From: Naegleria gruberi
Taxonomy: Eukaryota
DNA length: 1,191 nucleotides
Assembly (NCBI GenBank): GCA_000004985.1
Contig: GG739511.1
Direction: 5' to 3' (one strand)
Shown here: positions 1-1,191 of the stretch, in pieces
Position numbering within the stretch: position 1 is the first letter of the stretch
How the letters are laid out: each line of letters begins with the position of its first letter
Notes under the pieces: model-generated
The model's database searches: none
Told to the model about the DNA's origin: nothing
Seen by the model: only the letters and a program-made list of their open reading frames with translations
Program-made: the position numbers and the translations under genes

Positions 1-1
1 G

Positions 2-160
2 AAACCAAAGTTTGTCAATCCAGAAGTTAGAATTGCCATGGAAAAACTAGCTAAACTTCCACTTGTCATGAGTTGTGATGCTTGGTTGAATCAATATGAC
101 CCAGGTCTTTTGGAAAATGCTGAAGAAGGTCAAGAAGAAGATCTAACAAGCAGTAATTAA
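2..160 (+). CDS. 3'-terminal fragment of a protein-coding gene (52 codons + TAA stop at 158-160); product not recognised; acidic C-terminal tail. The CDS continues upstream of the window
   Basis: Frame 2 is the only frame on either strand open across 2-157. The other two + frames and all three - frames carry multiple stops here. Translation: KPKFVNPEVRIAMEKLAKLPLVMSCDAWLNQYDPGLLENAEEGQEEDLTSSN*. It is amino-acid-like, with a hydrophobic core and a Glu-rich tail. Codon choice is consistent (GAA x8, AGA, CCA, GGT). Composition drops abruptly to about 8% GC immediately after the TAA. Confidence 0.6.
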   Translation, partial: KPKFVNPEVRIAMEKLAKLPLVMSCDAWLNQYDPGLLENAEEGQEEDLTSSN

Positions 161-260
161 TTGTAAATAAATTTTTGAGATTTGAATTTAATAATTTTAT
201 TTAATTATTAATAATAAAAAATTAAATAAAAATTAAATACTGTTAATTCTTTATAAAGTA
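161..260 (+). other. Extremely AT-rich (about 8% GC) 3' UTR / intergenic tract with AATAAA-like motifs (first at 166-171) and short AT direct repeats (AATTAAATA x2 around 222-240)
   Basis: Direct base count of 161-260 gives about 8 G/C in 100 nt. AATAAA sits 6 nt past the stop codon and further copies follow. This is typical of a eukaryotic 3' UTR / polyadenylation region, but its function cannot be confirmed without transcript data. Confidence 0.35.
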
Positions 261-281
261 CGAATTGTTACAGAACTAACT

Positions 282-346
282 AGACTAACGCTGAAGCCTG
301 GTAAAAAGTGTCGCTCGCGACCCTTAAACAAATGGCAAAGTTACAA
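282..346 (+). repeat. Left terminal inverted repeat arm (outer block 282-297, diverged spacer 298-329, inner block 330-341, partial match continuing to about 346)
   Basis: Manual reverse-complement alignment against 1062-1129. The 16/16 and 12/12 cores are flanked by weaker similarity (TTACAAAAA versus CAAGAAAAA). The spacer is roughly 50% identical. Confidence 0.5.
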
Positions 347-469
347 AAACTCGCGCCCCCGCTTAATGTTTAAATTTAATAAAAAAAAATTAATTCCTCA
401 TCACTACTCACACCATCATCGGAACTGTAGTCAGCACCAGAGGCACCAAGTCACCTTCCATATCATTGG

Positions 470-691
470 TCAAAAACAAATATCTTGTGATGATGTCAAT
501 CCTATACACCTCGTTCGCCTTCCCACCACAGTGGAGGTAGTTTTTGTTATGTACTTTCTCTGCCTCTCTCCTCTACGGTAAGTCTTTTCGAAAACTTCAT
601 ACTCATCTCGTGGACCATTAATTAATTCGTAATTGTTGTATGATGGATTCCATTGCTGTAAAGAACATCGCCAAGTGCCGCAGGAAAACAA
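470..691 (-). CDS. Unsupported 73-aa ORF inside the element. It may be a remnant or captured coding fragment rather than a gene
   Basis: It is the most protein-like translation in the interior (…WNPSYNNYELINGPRDEYEVFEKTYRRGERQRKY…). But it is short, overlaps the + strand ORF 366-581, has no recognisable family, and sits in a 43% GC island bounded by TIRs. Confidence 0.12.
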   Translation of the reverse strand: MFSCGTWRCSLQQWNPSYNNYELINGPRDEYEVFEKTYRRGERQRKYITKTTSTVVGRRTRCIGLTSSQDICF

Positions 692-1037
692 GTAGCCATA
701 GTGTTGTTAACATGAAGAATGTGAAATGGTTTTAAGGGTTGTCTTCCTTCAGCAAGAATATCATAGATGGAAGTAGACAAATCCTTGCTGTTGACCACCA
801 ACGAATTTGGAGAAGTTACACCTTATTCTTTGACCAGTTATTGGTGGAGAGGAATTATGCGAATTGGAGCACTCTAGGTTGCTTGTCATCCTTGTCCACT
901 AGTACTCTGATACGGTTGTTGGTAGAAACATTACTTTAATCTTCAATAAAACCACTATTTAAAGGTGAAAAATTTCTTTTTATTTCAAATTTTATTCGTA
1001 ACGGTGTTGGCGGGCTGTTTTGCAAGGAGGGAAATCT

Positions 1038-1090
1038 CTGACTTTGCATTTTTGCCCATTTTTCTTGACTTTGCCATTTTTTTGACAAGG
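1038..1090. repeat. Degenerate tandem sub-repeats inside or next to the right arm: CTGACTTTGCATTTTTGCCC / CTTGACTTTGCCATTTTTTTGAC. These are reiterations of the inner TIR motif
   Basis: TTGAC/CTGAC occurs at 1038-1042, 1065-1069 and 1082-1086. TTTGC(A/C) and ATTTTT units alternate. Reverse-complemented, these read AAAATGCAAAGT, AAAATGGGCAAA and AAATGGCAAAGT. That is three near-copies of the motif, which occurs once on the left arm. Confidence 0.45.
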
Positions 1091-1129
1091 TGTTTTTTGG
1101 GCCGTCTTTCAGTGCTTCAGCGTTAGTCT
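1062..1129 (-). repeat. Right terminal inverted repeat arm (inner block 1068-1079, spacer 1080-1113, outer block 1114-1129)
   Basis: Reverse complement of 1062-1129 aligns with 282-346 at the same block order and near-identical spacing. Confidence 0.5.
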
Positions 1130-1191
1130 GGGGCTTTCCGCATTTTTTCCTCTTTTTAAATCGCAAATTCTGTTCTGCAAACAGCGAATTG

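Larger units (their letters stand above)
282..1129. mobile_element. Putative non-autonomous TIR-bounded element (MITE-/foldback-like), about 848 bp, with diverged bipartite terminal inverted repeats and no transposase ORF
   Basis: AGACTAACGCTGAAGC at 282-297 is the exact reverse complement of 1114-1129. AAATGGCAAAGT at 330-341 is the exact reverse complement of 1068-1079. Spacing between the outer and inner blocks is 32 nt on the left and 34 nt on the right, which is what a single diverged TIR of about 60-65 bp would look like. The interior has only short overlapping ORFs. Confidence 0.4.

Noticed and set aside
300-365. Yeast-mitochondrial-style GC clusters in AT-rich spacer
   Set aside because: The adjacent CDS uses a nuclear-style standard code (TGG Trp, AGA Arg, CTN Leu in a sensible protein), and the interior is 43% GC. 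This is inconsistent with yeast mtDNA, so it was treated as nuclear.
366-581. 71-aa + strand ORF (MFKFNKKKLIPHHYSHHHRNCSQHQRHQ…)
   Set aside because: His/Lys/Gln-rich and low-complexity. It starts in a poly-A/AT tract, overlaps the minus-strand ORF 470-691, and ends at a stop inside a GGTAAGT motif. It has no family resemblance and is most likely a chance ORF in a 43% GC interior.
560-600. Possible U1 snRNA gene on the minus strand (ACTTACC at 583-577 resembles the U1 5' end AUACUUACCU)
   Set aside because: The match is only the 7-nt core that any GGTAAGT donor on the opposite strand would create. The flanking bases differ (AGACTTACCG versus ATACTTACCT). No convincing Sm site (AAUUUUUGR) or U1-70K/U1A loop motifs were found downstream on the minus strand.
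739-939. 66-aa + strand ORF from the track (MSSFSKNIIDGSRQ…)
   Set aside because: The first codon at 739-741 is TTG, not ATG, so the track is using alternative starts. The sequence is Leu/Ser-rich and low complexity, and there is no supporting signal.
936-1166. 76-aa minus-strand ORF (MRFKKRKKCGKPQTNAEALKDGPKNTLSKKWQSQEKWAKMQSQRFPS…)
   Set aside because: It lies across the right TIR arm and the TTGAC/TTTGCC repeats. It is Lys/Gln/Ser-rich and low-complexity because of the repeat sequence. It is a repeat-derived ORF, not a gene.
1-1191. tRNA / rRNA / snoRNA genes
   Set aside because: No A-box (TRGCNNAGTGG) or B-box (GGTTCGANTCC) matches on either strand. No recognisable conserved rRNA or C/D-box arrangement was seen by eye. 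This cannot be fully excluded without covariance-model searches.
1-1191. Prokaryotic features (RBS-led operon genes, rho-independent terminators, CRISPR arrays, defence-island style gene cassettes)
   Set aside because: There are no long ORFs and no regularly spaced direct repeats with unique spacers. Composition and motifs (AATAAA, GTAAGT…YAG, 8% GC spacer) point to a eukaryotic nuclear locus. No candidate novel multi-gene system can be supported from this window.

Overview
This looks like eukaryotic nuclear DNA, not prokaryotic. The coding sequence uses A/T-ending codons, the intergenic DNA is extremely AT-rich (about 8% GC), and there are GTAAGT and polypyrimidine-AG motifs. That pattern fits a yeast-like or nematode-like genome, but I cannot assign the organism from sequence alone.

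Bases 2-160 hold the 3' end of a + strand protein-coding gene: 52 codons and a TAA stop, with an acidic tail ...ENAEEGQEEDLTSSN*. A very AT-rich 3' UTR/intergenic tract follows at 161-260.

The rest of the window (282-1129) is dominated by a roughly 848 bp segment bounded by a long, diverged, bipartite terminal inverted repeat. A perfect 16 bp outer block (282-297 versus 1114-1129) and a perfect 12 bp inner block (330-341 versus 1068-1079) lie at nearly the same spacing on each arm (32 and 34 nt). The interior has about 43% GC, far above the flanks, and contains only short, overlapping ORFs on both strands with no transposase-sized gene. This reads best as a non-autonomous TIR element (MITE- or foldback-like), perhaps carrying a captured sequence fragment. 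The right arm carries extra reiterated copies of the inner-block motif (AAATGGCAAAGT-like, TTGAC/TTTGCC units).

I found no tRNA, rRNA or CRISPR, and nothing I could defend as a novel multi-gene system. The TIR element is the main item worth follow-up.
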